From positions 104,284,001 to 104,348,000 of the forward strand of contig NC_043002.1 of the NCBI RefSeq assembly GCF_006345805.1: a stretch of DNA of 64,000 nucleotides, read 5' to 3'. Position 1 is the first letter of the stretch; the number at the start of each line of letters is the position of its first letter. The notes under the pieces were generated by a model. The model was not told where the DNA came from. It was given only the letters and a program-made list of their open reading frames with translations, and did no database searches. A program made the position numbers and the translations under genes. Origin of the DNA: Octopus sinensis (lineage: Eukaryota). Positions 11,636-25,414 of this stretch are shown here, in pieces.

Positions 11636-12295
11636 TACATATATGTATATTATCACACATGATACATACGTTCTTATATATCTGATACATGCATACATAC
11701 ATACATACATACATACATACATACATACATACATACATACATACATACATAATTTGACAAGTGAAATTGTTAAGCATTTGGCTTCCGTCCAGCTCTTGCA
11801 GTTTATATGGAATTACTGTTAGTGAGACTGCAATGTTTAGGTTTGGCAAGAAAAAAAGCATCAAGCCTAAATGGCTGTCATCTCAAGAATGCCACATTCC
11901 GACAGCTTTCTCCTCTTTAACGAAACTAGAGCGAATTTGCAAAGCAGGCGGTATTTTTCCATTATAAATTAATGATTCCGCCTGGCTGTCAATAAAATAT
12001 GTTGGCGAAGATGTTCAAATTCTTTCTTGTGTGATTAGACACGCGTCATTGAATATTTGGTTTCACACTGTAAAGAGGACACCAGATCAGTAGGTACATA
12101 AACTATCTATACTAAATGAGAGCCAACGAGGAAATTTCCATAACGAACCTTAACCTGTTGGGAACCGCAACTGACCCTTCTAATGCGTGGGATATAGAGC
12201 AGTGTGTAATAGATAATGTGGCTGTAAATATCAAAGAGAAGCTGATTATAGGTGTATATCATCACGATAAAGTAGTACAGAAATATAGAGAAGTA

Positions 12296-12362
12296 AGGCG
12301 GTGAGGTGGCAGAAACGTTAGCGCGCCGGGTGAAATGCTTAACTGTATTTCGTCTGTCTTAC
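12296..12362 (+). mobile_element. SINE family B, 5' head only
   Basis: ggcggtgaggtggcagaaacgttagcgcgccggg matches the heads at 44553 and 45228. Confidence 0.75.
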
Positions 12363-12402
12363 TATAGGCGCAGGAGTGGCTGCGTGGTAAGTAGCTTGCT
12401 TA

Positions 12403-12881
12403 TTAAAAAGGGAATATCGCTTGTGGCCGAGTGACGCCGACTCAGAGCCCGCCTTGGTTTTAAATGAAGCATGGGCGATGGTGAAGTACACAGGCACATG
12501 TGATGATGAGGTGGAAAATTGATAAGAGGTTGAAAAGCCTCAGTGTAATAATGTGTAAGAGGCTCAACGCCTCCTTTTTAAATGGACTAGTGTTGATTGT
12601 ATATTGAATATTTTATTGTATGTTATTGTATGTTATTATTTGTAATGGTCTTTTAAGTTCAATAATTGTAAAAACTGTAGTGAGAGGTTCAATACCTCGC
12701 TTTGTCTTTTACTTTTGGGGAAAAAAAAAATAATGTTTTAGAGAAGCAAAATATCGGCGGGTGTTTTTTGTCTTCTCCCATCAATATCACCCCCCTTTTT
12801 TTCATCATTCACCTCATCAATGTATTAGTCCAGCCCGCAAGCTACTCTTTGTAATGCCTTTATGCAATTCTTAATGAAATA
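12403..12881 (+). mobile_element. 5'-truncated non-LTR retrotransposon 3' end (possibly L1/Tx1) with 14 bp TSD
   Basis: TSD aagtagcttgctta at 12389-12402 and 12882-12895; ends in atgaaataaa; clade assignment is inference. Confidence 0.7.
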
Positions 12882-12995
12882 AAGTAGCTTGCTTACCAAC
12901 CACATGGTTCCTGGTTCAGTCCCACTGCGTGACACCTTGGGCAAGTGTCTTCTACTATAACCTTGGGCCGACCAAAGCCTTGTGACTGGACTTGG

Positions 12996-13287
12996 GGAAC
13001 TTTCGAACTCAGAATCTTGGGTTTAGTAGCCCGCGCTCTTAACCACTAAGCCAGATGCAGGTGGGCAATTATTGAGTGAATTTTAGGGCTTATAAATCTA
13101 ATAGTTTTCTATCTTCCTTAATACCGGTTCCCATATGCTATTCATATCTGCACTAGGTCTGCTTAGGAGGTTGTTGTGTCCTAGCATATGCGCTGCTTCT
13201 TTTAGTTTTCGTATTTTCCAGTGGTGTTCTCTATCTATTATTTTAACTTCAATCCACAGGGGGATTAATATAAATAATGAAAGAAAG
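12996..13287 (-). mobile_element. Penelope-like GIY-YIG C-terminal fragment followed by a tRNA-like segment
   Basis: Minus translation PLWIEVKIIDREHHWKIRKLKEAAHMLGHNNLLSRPSADMNSIWEPVLRK; then tggcttagtggttaagagcgcgggctactaaac...gagttcga. Confidence 0.75.
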
Positions 13288-13301
13288 GAAAGAAGACCGT
13301 C

Positions 13302-13340
<39 letters not shown>

Positions 13341-13353
13341 TATATATATATAT

Positions 13354-13407
<54 letters not shown>

Positions 13408-13909
13408 CGTGTGTGTGTGTGAATGTGTGTGTGTGTATGTTTGTGTGTTTGTGTTTGCCCTCCAACATCGCTTGACAATCGATGCTGGTGTGTTTACGTC
13501 CTCGTAAACTAGCGGTTCGGCAAAACAGGCCGATAGAATACGTACTAGGCTTGCAAAGAAGAAGTCCTGTGGTCGATTTGGTCGACTAAAGGCGGTGCTC
13601 CAACTTGGCCACAATCAAATGACTGAAACTTGTAAAAGAATAAAAGAATAAAGTAAATTAGTAACAAACAAAAATCTGTTTTGTGCTTCATGTGAACGAG
13701 AATGCCTCTCCTTCGTCAGTGACCTGAAAACCCTATCATACAATGTCCATTTGTCCTTCTCCTTTCCTTTTTTTAATAACGATAAGTTGTATATTCAAGG
13801 AACGCATTCGAGATCTCTCAGTATGCTGGAAATAGCCGTAATGTCTCCAAAGAAGGCAGCAGACTAATCGAGAATTAGATTCCAAATTCTAATACTTTGA
13901 GAATCCGTA

Positions 13910-14298
13910 TGGATGGAAGCACTCCGTCGGTTACGACGATGAGGATTCCGGTTGATCCGAATGAACGGAACAGCCTGCTCGTGAAATTAACGTGTAAGTG
14001 GCTGAGCACTCCACAGACACGTGTACCCTTAACGTAGTTCTCGGGGATATTCAGCGTGACACAGAGAGTGACAAGGCCGGCCCCTTGAAATACAGGTACA
14101 ACAGAAACAGGAAGTAAGAGTGAGAGAAAGTTGTGGTGAAAGCGTACAGCAGGGATCACCACCATCCCCTGCCGGAGCCTCGTGGAGCTCTAGGTGTTTT
14201 CGCTCAATAAACACTCACAACGCCCGGTCTGGGAATCGAAACCGCGATCGTATGACCGCGAGTCCGCTGCCCTAACCACTGGGCCATTGCGCCTCCAC
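13910..14298 (-). mobile_element. SINE family C (tRNA-derived), full length with 13 bp TSD
   Basis: Head gaggcgcaatggcccagtggttagggcagcggactcgcgg...ggtttcgattccc with A and B boxes; TSD ttgagaatccgta at 13897-13909 and 14299-14311. Confidence 0.95.
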
Positions 14299-14394
14299 TT
14301 GAGAATCCGTACACACGCTCACGCACACACTCACACATGCAGGCACACAGTCACACACATACACACATATCTTTTGTTAGTGTGGCAGGAGGTC

Positions 14395-14545
14395 AGCGAT
14401 GTTCTGGAGTGAAGAAGTCGATTATATCGGTCCTAGATATTGACTGTTACCTAAAGTATCGTCCACGAAAGGTTGAAAGGCAGAGTAGACCCCGGCGGAA
14501 TTTGACCTCAGATACAAAGACAGATGAATATGCAAAAGACTATTC
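14395..14545 (-). mobile_element. SINE family B, old fragment
   Basis: gaaaggttgaaaggcagagtagaccccggcggaatttga. Confidence 0.65.
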
Positions 14546-14592
14546 CAACCAAAGCATACATATATGTTCTTGAAATCTAAGCAGATTCTTCT

Positions 14593-14672
14593 ATTCTTTT
14601 ATTTCTTTTATTTGTTTCAATCATTTGACTGCGGCCATGCTGGAGTACCGCACTTAGTTGAACAAATCGATG
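14593..14672 (-). mobile_element. SINE family A, 3' tail
   Basis: tcatttgactgcggccatgctggag. Confidence 0.8.
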
Positions 14673-14879
14673 TAAATTGTTGGTGAAAATGTTTAAATGT
14701 CAGTGATATGATCTTAGTTACTCGGTTTAATGGATTTTTTTTACAGTAGTTCGTAACTTCGTAAGGCTGAATTGAGAAACAAATTTGTCGAAATATGGAC
14801 ATTCTTGCGATTTCGGGATGAAGAGGCGCGTCCTGGGATTTGAACTCTTGATCGCAAGAACTTGGTTTACATTTCGTCA

Positions 14880-15010
14880 TTTACTCTGTCTTTTATTTCT
14901 GAGTTCAAATTCCGTAATGGTCAACTTCGCTTTTCATCTAACCGGGGGCAATAAAATAGGCACCAATGGAATACTGGGGGCCAATTAAATCGATTTATAC
15001 CCTTCTACGA
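14880..15010 (+). mobile_element. SINE family B, old fragment
   Basis: ttctgagttcaaattccg...gtcaacttcgcttttcatc. Confidence 0.6.
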
Positions 15011-15064
15011 ATTTTAACGAATATCCCCTGTTTCAATTGAATTCGAACTTACACCCTGAACAAT

Positions 15065-15300
15065 ATACTTATTTCTTTATTGCCCTCGGAGTGCTACACA
15101 TAGAAGGGACAAACAAGGAAAGGCAAAGGTGTTAAGTCGGTAACACCGACGCCAGTACGCAACTGGTACTTAATTTATCGACCCCGAAAGGATGAAAGGC
15201 AGAGACGACCTCGGCGAAATTTGAACTCAAAACAAAACGGCAGGTGAAATACCGCTAAGCATTTCGCCCAGCGTGCTAACGATTCTGCCAGCTCGCTATC
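15065..15300 (-). mobile_element. SINE family B (Nin/Deu-like central domain)
   Basis: Reverse complement of gcctttcatcctttcggggtcgataaattaagtaccag plus tRNA-like head. Confidence 0.9.
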
Positions 15301-15419
15301 CTCACCCTGAACACTATATTGAACACCAAATGATAAATTCTACCCCATTTGAATATTTTACGCACTCACACATTCATACACACATATTCCCCATCACTAC
15401 CCATTATATACATACATAC

Positions 15420-15765
15420 GACGAAGGTTCCAGGTGATCAGATCAACGGAACAGCCTGCGCTTAAAATTAACGTACAAGTGGCTGAGCACTCCATAGACA
15501 AGTATGCCCTTCACGTAGTTCTCAGGGAGTTTCAGCGTGACACAGAGTGAGACAAGCTAGCCCTATAAAATAGAGGTACAACAGAAACAGGAAGAAAGAG
15601 TGAGAGAAAGTTGTGCCGAAAGAGTACAGCAGGTTCCACCACTATCCCCTGCCGGAGACTCGTGGCGCTTTAGGTGTTTTCGCTCAATAAACATTCACAA
15701 CGCCCGGTCTGGGAATCGAAACCGTGATCCTACGACCGCGAGTCCACTGGACCATTGCGCCTCCG
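15420..15765 (-). mobile_element. SINE family C
   Basis: Colinear with 13910-14298, with a deletion in the head. Confidence 0.9.
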
Positions 15766-15786
15766 CACACACACACACACACGAAC

Positions 15787-15837
<51 letters not shown>

Positions 15838-17136
15838 CTTGAACACACGCGTATATATAAATATATTTGAATATACATACGCATATGTGTATACGAATAC
15901 ATGTGCGTTAGTATGTCAGTTGATATATATATATATGTGTGTGTCTATTTGTCAGATCTCCTAATACAGCCCGAGTGCATATTACTATGGAGCTATACAT
16001 AAACGCCAGCATAGTGCTCAAAGTTATCTCGATCATGATCTGTCTTGCTTCATTATTCACTTTGTTGTGGACCCATCATTATAATATACGCGACTTGTGC
16101 AGGCATTCACTCACTATTCTATATTATGTGAGGCTATTTGCATTTGTGTATATGTATATCTCTAAAACATATTTGCTCCTCATCATACGCATAATTTTTT
16201 CTTCATCTAAGTAGATTGCTATGTACTCGTACGTGCTTGTGTTTGTAAGCATAATGATATATTTTTAATTGAAAATGTATCTTCGGATGAAGGTCCATTC
16301 GCTAAAATTTTGATTAATATTTCAAGGGAAATTTATATTTCATCAAACATTTCATAAATAGTATTGGAATGCTCAAGTATACATATATTTTCAGCATCTG
16401 TATATATATATATATATGAAGAGGAATATATAGATATGCGTGTATGCCTGTGTGAACAAATATTTAGGTATCTGCTAGTGCATTACAAACAAAGGTAAGA
16501 TGGTATTTGAACAAACAGCAGGGTTCTCGTTGGCCTTGTATTTAAAAGCTTATCAGCTGGGCTGATGTTAAAGTTCTCATTAACACTGGCTTCAAACAAA
16601 CAATTAAACATCGTTCAACCATGAAACCTGATAGACTGCAAACAATGTTTGCGTTACACTTCCTTTGATCTTAACCGCCACGTGGCGCCTCGTTCCGCTC
16701 CATGACATGAAGGACGCCACGGTGTAGTAAGTACTAGTAAACTTATACATTAATGCCAATATAGCGTTTCTTCAATATTCTGTTGTAAATGCTTTCATAT
16801 TTATTTATTTGACGTTACACATGTATTTCCATTTCCCGTCATGCAACACATCCAAGGGCTTATTTATATAATGTTACCTTTAGTACGAATGAGGCTGAAA
16901 ATGCAACGATATGGAAGTGACGTATCGCATTAGAAGTTGTATACGTTAGAATGTATATAATACGTGTACATACATTTATACATATTCATGTACACATACG
17001 TACATGCATACACAGAGACATATGCTCATATACGCATATATGTGTGTGTGCCTGTGTGTGTATATGCATATATATATAATAAAAGAAATATATATAATAT
17101 ATATTAATATATATATATATATATGTATGTATATAT

Positions 17137-17204
<68 letters not shown>

Positions 17205-17324
17205 TATATATACATACACACATACATATATAGCTAGATATTTAATATATATATATACATATGCATTTATATTATATATATATATGTATGTGTATGCATA
17301 TGAATGTATATGTGTACGTATGTG

Positions 17325-17368
<44 letters not shown>

Positions 17369-17454
17369 ATGTATATATGTATACATATGCATCTATGTAT
17401 ATGAATATATGTATATAGAGACACAGACGCACGCACATGTATGTGTGTGTGTGT

Positions 17455-17650
17455 ATATGTCCACCACCGCTTTATAACGGGTGTTTATGTCCACCACCGC
17501 TTTATAACGGATGTTTATGTCCACATAACTTAGATTTTCGACAAATGAGTCTGTTAGAACAACTACCAGGTTTTAAAAACATATCTTAGTTGATTCGCCC
17601 AATGTCCCAGCATGGCCGCAGTCTAATGACTCTAACGAATAAAGAATACA
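17455..17650 (+). mobile_element. SINE family A 3' fragment with a 30 bp tandem duplication
   Basis: tatgtccaccaccgctttataacgg twice; cccagcatggccgcagtc. Confidence 0.7.
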
Positions 17651-18298
17651 TGACAAAAATACACACACGCACGCATCTTTCATATTTGTTTCTGTTTCTG
17701 ACGCTTAAAGCATTTGTAATGGCCAAGCTATTACTTTAAATTCATTTTAACCATTTTACCGTACATTTTGGAATGTTTTGCTCTACGTTCAAGCGAATAG
17801 TTATGGGTTTTGCTGATGAGATATTAATATGAAGAGAACTTAGCTTACTGCTATTTAATATCCCACTACAATGTAACGGTGTATCGTAATGAAAAAGGCA
17901 GCGCAGCTTTTCTCAGAGCTTAACGTCTCATTGCCCCGAAAATTGTTCCTTGCAACAATTTCTTGCTCTTTAGAGAATTTAATGCTAGAAAAAGATATTG
18001 TGCTGATTCCTGGTTTCATGTAATTGATAGATGAAGAGCAAGCAAAGTGAATTGTAGTTGATTACATCTGCTGTCTTTGCGTAATGATTTAATCATATGC
18101 TTCAGAATCGGGGTGTTCCGGCAATCAAACAGCCATAACAAAGACATGGATGCGTCGTCGGTCGGAGTTTGGCATTTATTTGATGACATTATGAAAAGAA
18201 ACTGGCTGTAAATTATGTTCTTTCTGCTCATTTATTCCTTATCATTTGCGAGTCGGATTACGTTTCGTTTAGCAACAAAGTTATAACAAAAGTTCGGA

Positions 18299-18720
18299 GG
18301 CGCAGGAGTGGCTGTGTGGTAAGTAGCTTGCTAACCAACCACATGGTTCCGGGTTCAGTCCCACTGCGTGGCATCTTGGGCAAGTGTCTTCTGCTATAGC
18401 CCCGGGCCGACCAATGCCTTGTGAGTGGATTTGGTAGACGGAAACTGAAAGAAGCCTGTCGTATATATGTATATATATATAAGTGTGTTTATGTATAGTT
18501 TGTGGTTTGTCCCCCTAGCATTGCTTGACAACCGATGCTGGTGTGTTTACGTCGCCGTCACTTAGCGGTTCGGCAAAAGAGACCGATAGAATAAGTACTG
18601 GGCTTACAAAGAATAAGTCCCGGGGTCGATTTGCTCCTCGACTAAAGGCGGTGCTCCAGCATGGCCGCAGTCAAATGACTGAAACAAGTAAAAGAGTAAA
18701 AGAGAGAGTAAAGAGTAAAG
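18299..18720 (+). mobile_element. SINE family A, full length, young
   Basis: tRNA-like head ggcgcaggagtggctgtgtggtaag...gggttcagtccc, CORE-like cttgggcaagtg, internal (TA)/(TG) tract, (gtaaaaga)n tail. Confidence 0.95.
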
Positions 18721-20019
18721 AATGGAAATGAAAAGAACAAAACAATTATAAGTGTGAAGTCACTCCAGATTTGTGATAAATGTCTGTTCTCGGATAAATT
18801 CGAAGGAACACAATTGTATATGTAATAAGTGTAGTGTGTATATAAAGGGATGTGTTGCAAAATCGTTGAGGTTCTTAAATATTGGATCAGCGAGAACACA
18901 TTCGAGATTAAGACACGTAACAAATTAGCAGCCCCACGATGGTGATTTACGACACACTTCAAAGTCTGAACCGATCACGAAGGACAAATCATTGGCACCG
19001 AAAGGAGTTGAGATAAAACTGGCAGTGAATGAGAATGGAATTAATGTCATAATTGACCAATTCATCGACACAAGGTTTGATGGAATTTCTAGCTGTTCGA
19101 ATAGGCATACAGAGCAGTCTAATGGAGGCATTACTGCTCAGAGTGATGGAGACGGGAGGAACAAAATCCTTTTCCAATCTGAGCGGACTGACGTCAGGGT
19201 GTGGTGAGGGGGGAAAAGAAACAAAGATGAGAGGAGACTATATTAATTAAGCGAACCGTGGATATATTTTGCAGGCTTTCATCCACACTTCGCTACACCT
19301 CGCTTCACTTCGCTGCACCTGTTCAAAACTTTCTAATTGTTAGCTTAGAATTTATATTAATATATATATATATATATATACATATATATACATATATATA
19401 TACATATATATGCACGCATATATATGTATGTATATATATATATAGATAGATACACATACAACATACATATATAATATATATTATATATATATATATATAT
19501 GTGCGTGTATGTATATATATATATATATATATATATAAGAACAATGCATGGCTACCAGACAGTTGCACACTTTCTCCATTAAAGAGTGTCTTTTGACACA
19601 CCTGATCATTCATTCAACAATGAGACTGGTAATGATATCAACAATAGCAAATGCTACTACTACTACTACTACTACTACTACTATACTATACTACTACTAC
19701 TACTACTACTACTACTATACTACTGCTGCTACTGCTGCTGCTGCTGCTGCTGTTGCCGCTAGTGCTGCTACTGCAAATATGAATATAAGCATATTATATA
19801 TATATAGATAGATATTTCTTTTGTTGTCTTACCATTTCTATCAATAAATATACATTTATATATACGTATGTACATATATATATATCTATATATATATTAT
19901 ATATATATTTATGTTACTGTTGTTGTTTATACACTTATAATCGTATAAAAACGTATTCATTCTTGTATTCTTTTATTTGTTTCAGTAAGTGACTGTGGCC
20001 ATGCTGGAGGACCGCCTTC

Positions 20020-20450
<431 letters not shown>

Positions 20451-20884
20451 TATTAATGTTGGTGTTGTTATGATTGCTGCTGCCTGTGACGATGTTCTCT
20501 TTTATTATGTAAATATCATATATCAATGTTGAATCACTTGATTAAGCGTGAAGCATTAAAAATAACATACTTATTGCAATCACACCGAAACCCGTCCACA
20601 TACATTCTCTTTATCTATCCATCTCTCCCTCCATCTCCCTCTATCTCCTCTCTCTCTTTCACACACACACACACTCTCTCTCTCTCTCTCTCTCTGGTCG
20701 GCACCATTCTTCCTTTTCTCTCCTCTATTTTCTATCTTCTCATGCACATACAGACATATATATATCCAAACAATCATGTCGGCATATCGCGTGTCGAATA
20801 TATCTTTAAGTGTACGTGATTTATCATTTGTATATTTGGTGGGTCTATCTCTACTCATCTATTCATATGACATTATCTCTCTAG

Positions 20885-21003
20885 CTCCCGCTTATTGTCC
20901 TGTATCTCTTTTTTTCTTTTTTGCTTGTCCTGTTCCTTGGTTTGTGTCTATGTTTTCGTCTCTCTATGTGTTCGACGTCTTTTTGGTGTCCTGTACACAT
21001 ATA
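20885..21003 (+). mobile_element. 3' part of a short TA-associated element (family of 32240-32400)
   Basis: Shared tgtcctgta...ggtgtcctgtac(a/t)catata end. Confidence 0.55.
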
Positions 21004-21075
21004 TGCGGGTATATGTACATGTAGAGGTGGTACGTACATATATGTTTATATATATGCATATGTTCTATATTATTA

Positions 21076-21151
<76 letters not shown>

Positions 21152-21519
21152 GTTATATATATATATATATATATATTTCCCTATCTATCTCTTGTCTTGA
21201 AGTTGATCAATATTTTTCATGGGCAAAACAGCCAAACAACCATCTATACACCCATGCAACCACCCATTCATTGATTTACATACATACATACGCACACAAA
21301 CTCACATGTATATACGCATAAAAGAACTACATACACACACACACACGCACACACACGTACGCACACAACACACACACACACACGCACATATATATATATA
21401 AACGCATAAAAGAATAACATGATGTATATATTCTTTTATTTTGTTATGAGTTTCAGCCCAAAGGCTGTGGTCATACTGTGGCACATCCAGAACTATCACC
21501 TTTCTAATGACCTTTCTTA

Positions 21520-21715
21520 TGGGATTGCCTCTTGATGATTCGATATTGTTGCCCTCATGAGTTTCTTACCGTGATCTGGGCCATCTGGGACACTGGACAG
21601 CAAAGGCTGAAGTCGTTTCTTAAAAGCGTCCACACTATAACCAGTAGATTTCTCAGTTTTCGGCAAGTTAAGAAATAGCTGTGCGTCTTTGAATCTTCAC
21701 ACAAGTCCCTCACAT
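21520..21715 (-). mobile_element. CR1-group LINE ORF2 3' end
   Basis: Minus translation across frameshifts AQLFLNLPK.LRNL.GYSVDAFKKRLQPLLSSVPDGP matches the LFNxLP..LRN...FK..LD..L..VPD pattern. Confidence 0.75.
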
Positions 21716-22149
21716 TAAATAGTAAAGCTTGAAATTTTGAGCAGTATGGCTGGCATATGTATATGTGTGTTTGGGTACGTGTATGTGTGTATGTGTGTGC
21801 ATGCGTCTATAAGATTATGTATGTATCCATGCGCACATACACAGAACAGAAGCACTCGTAATACGGACAGATACGTACACATATTGTGCACAGATGCATA
21901 CACATATTTAACTATATGCACATGCGCAAATAAACACACATATTTGTACTTTATTATGGGTATGTTATAATCAACTCTCATAGACTTAAGTAAATAGAAA
22001 GTTTATGTCTTTCTTTAAGAGATAACGGGTTAATAGATAAAGGTATCAAAATAAGGAAACAAAATAGTAATTATGGAGAATAGTAAGAAAATATATATAA
22101 CTTATTATATATAATACTAGTAGGAAGTTCACATCAGACTCTAAAAACT

Positions 22150-23740
22150 ATTAATTTCCCTTCTCTATGTTCAACTGTAACACCTTTAAACGCTAATTTC
22201 GAAAATATTTAAATGTACAGGTGACTGCACGTACGCATGATACCCTTAGATCTAATCTATTATTAATCAGGATGCTCTTGTCCCTATACTTAAAAATTTC
22301 ATAAGTTTCCATAAATCACAGCTCGCACCTATGTCGACTATCTCTATAAGGCTGCGCTTTCCTTAAAATATCTCATTTAAGGCTAAATTCGATTCCGCTT
22401 TCCTTCAGTTCTCAAATCTTGCTAGATAAGGACGTACAATTGGCCTTATGTTATAGCCTAAAAGTTGAAAAATGGTTATTCATATGTATTTTCATATTTA
22501 TTGAACATCCTATATATAGAAAGTTAGCAGCTACAGATGTGATAGTGCACTTATAAATTACGTTTGGGTTAGACATCGGCCTATAACGGACAGTGGGATT
22601 TAACCCTACAATTGCAACTAGGAGAATTAACACTATTAATATTATTGATATTCATACCATTATTATTATTAATATTACTATTAATATTAATCTTACCACT
22701 ACTATTGTATGTGTTATTTTCATATCTAGCATTATCTCTCCATTCTTCAATTGTAGTATAATTCACAGTCATTCCAGCATCATCAGGCGTATCAGTAGTC
22801 CTTGTGCTACTGTAGACCTCAGAGCTACAGTCTTTATTGTATAAATTAGAAGCATTAATCTATGATAGTTGATTATAACATATCCATAATAAAGTACAAA
22901 TATTTGCGCATATTTGCATGAGTGCACATAGTTAAATATGTGTATGTATCTGTGCACAACTTATTTTTCCGATTTTTTCTGATTCTTAGCTTATAATTAA
23001 TATAAAGATAGCATGATTTATCGTCCCTGTATTTTTTTAATACCCAGAGCAATCTTTATCGAAAGCATCTGATGAATAAATAATTAAGTACCGAAATGAA
23101 TATTAAACTAATTCTATGTAATCTTCCTTTCCTAATGTTGAAAATTGGAATATATACAGTTTATCTACTCTCAAATCTTATCTTTACACATCATAACAAT
23201 ATTGTTTATATACAATCATCGATTGTACACCATGATAATTTCCTTTCTATTAACATCATAAGTTCAGAATCTTGATTTTGGGGTTTCCCCTAACCAGCCT
23301 CTTTTATAGACAGTATTTATGAAAAATGCTAAAGTCCTGACAATATTTATGACCATACCTAACTATAAACTGTCAACTCACTCCTACCGTCCATTCTAAA
23401 CACTGTCCTCTAGCCTGAGACTTAGTAGGTGTTAATAAAAAACAAATAAATTGAAAGTGAACCACAATCCTTTACAAGCTATGACACTAACACACTTCAT
23501 ACAGTTCTTAGAAGTGTAGTATATTCTTAGCGACATTAGAAGCGACTTGAGCATTTCCCTCTTCTTGCTCTCTTAGAGAATTAAAGTAAAATTAAATTAA
23601 TATGTCCAACTGATTAAAAATTCTATTTATATATGCAGCCGAGGATAGCCCTGCATTAAATTTATGTAATGCTTGCACTGTTCAATTAAATGGAGTCGCT
23701 TGAAACGGTCGTACTGCATCATTTCTTGATATCCTACTGC
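22150..23740 (-). mobile_element. Decayed Penelope-like element (RT remnants and GIY-YIG endonuclease)
   Basis: SCNCRVKSHCPL..NVIYKCTITSVAANFLYIGCSINMKIHMNNHFSTFRL (VIY..YIG), ILRKAQPY..RCEL; weaker upstream RT-like FNQLDI..FY. Confidence 0.8.
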
Positions 23741-23745
23741 TTATT

Positions 23746-23783
<38 letters not shown>

Positions 23784-24849
23784 TAAACATAAACATATAC
23801 ATGCGAAAAAATTACGAGAGTTAATGATGTGCAATGATCTATATAGTATAGTAAAAAAAAATTGAGATCCTGAAAATTAAACCTGTAAGAAATTAAAATA
23901 TTCATGTTAGAAACATTTTGAGATGTTATGACAATTTTATGTTCTATTCAAAGAGAATGTGTAATTTCTTACTAACTTACTTTTTCTTTAAAAGTGATTA
24001 TCGTCACTGTGCTGTGTCGCAGTTTCAGCCGGTTTTTTTTTTATTGCTCTAACCTTGGATGACAGTGTACGGAACATTGCATTCTGGAGGTTTTGTGTGT
24101 CTCAAAGACTGAAATATTCTTGTCATTTTATCGTTCATTATCTTTCAAATCACGATATTATATTGCTGACATTAAAGATATCTCAGATCATATATTTTCA
24201 CCAGGATGAATAAATGCAGACATTGGACACCCACACATAAATATATGCACACATGCCTTGTGTACAGGTTGCTAAATCAAATGTGGAAGTATACGTTTGC
24301 GAAGCAATATTCTTATCGAATCAGCAAGCCTAGAGGATAAGTATTCACGTTAAATAATATCCTCACATAGAGAAAAAGAAAACACTGCTTGCCTTATTAA
24401 CTGCAGCAGTGGTTGGTCCGTTGGAATCCGATAAGTATAAGCGCTTTTCTTCAAAACTGCTTGATATGATTGCAACAAAATGGTGAAATACAGAAAAATA
24501 TGAAACGTAATAATTTCACAAGTTTATTGGAACGGAGTCGCAATATTAGGTTTGTACGATATTTACTATTTATTGTAAAAGACTCTACGTTTGCCACCTG
24601 AATTGCATTGCAGAATTAATCGGTGCTGGTTCCAATAAATTTGCTAAGTAAAGGCATTCACTGCAATTTATTTTTAATTATAGGGTATCATTAGTTTAAT
24701 GAATTGGAAATTTAATTACAAGGAATTAATTTTGGTTTCGAGTTATTTGGCAACAGAAACAAAGCGGTATGTGTGCATATGTGAGCATGTACATATGCAG
24801 GGGGCGTACGCAAGTATGTATAAGTATATGGTGTGTATGTATATGCGTG

Positions 24850-24884
<35 letters not shown>

Positions 24885-24937
24885 GCATACATAGTTGTGA
24901 TTGTGTGCGTATATATATATATATAGTATATATATAT

Positions 24938-24977
<40 letters not shown>

Positions 24978-25383
24978 GTGCGCTTCTATATGTTAATATA
25001 TGTATATATGCAAGCATATACTAAATATGATTAAAGACGCACGCACGTATACACTCGTATGTGTATGCATCTAAATTCTATCTATCTATCTATCTATATG
25101 TATGTATTATACATACATATACACATATATAATGTATATATATATATATATATATGTGTGTATACATACATATATACATACACACATCTCCATTCGGATA
25201 TGTATATACCTAGCGATATGTGAATCTATAATACTTATAATATATAATATATATAACATATATAATTATTACATATAATATACGTAATATAAACATATTA
25301 TATGATATATATATATATATATATATATAGTATAATGTATATATACACACACATATACATACCTGTTTCATATGTATGTGCAC

Positions 25384-25414
<31 letters not shown>

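Larger units (their letters stand above)
12366..13652 (+). mobile_element. SINE family A interrupted by two insertions
   Basis: Segments 12366-12402, 12882-12995 and about 13287-13652 join into a consensus-like copy. Confidence 0.9.

Noticed and set aside
14225-14298. tRNA gene calls at SINE heads (also 18299, 34016, 38049, 49363)
   Set aside because: tRNA-like A and B boxes run straight into SINE bodies; these are SINE heads, not tRNA genes.
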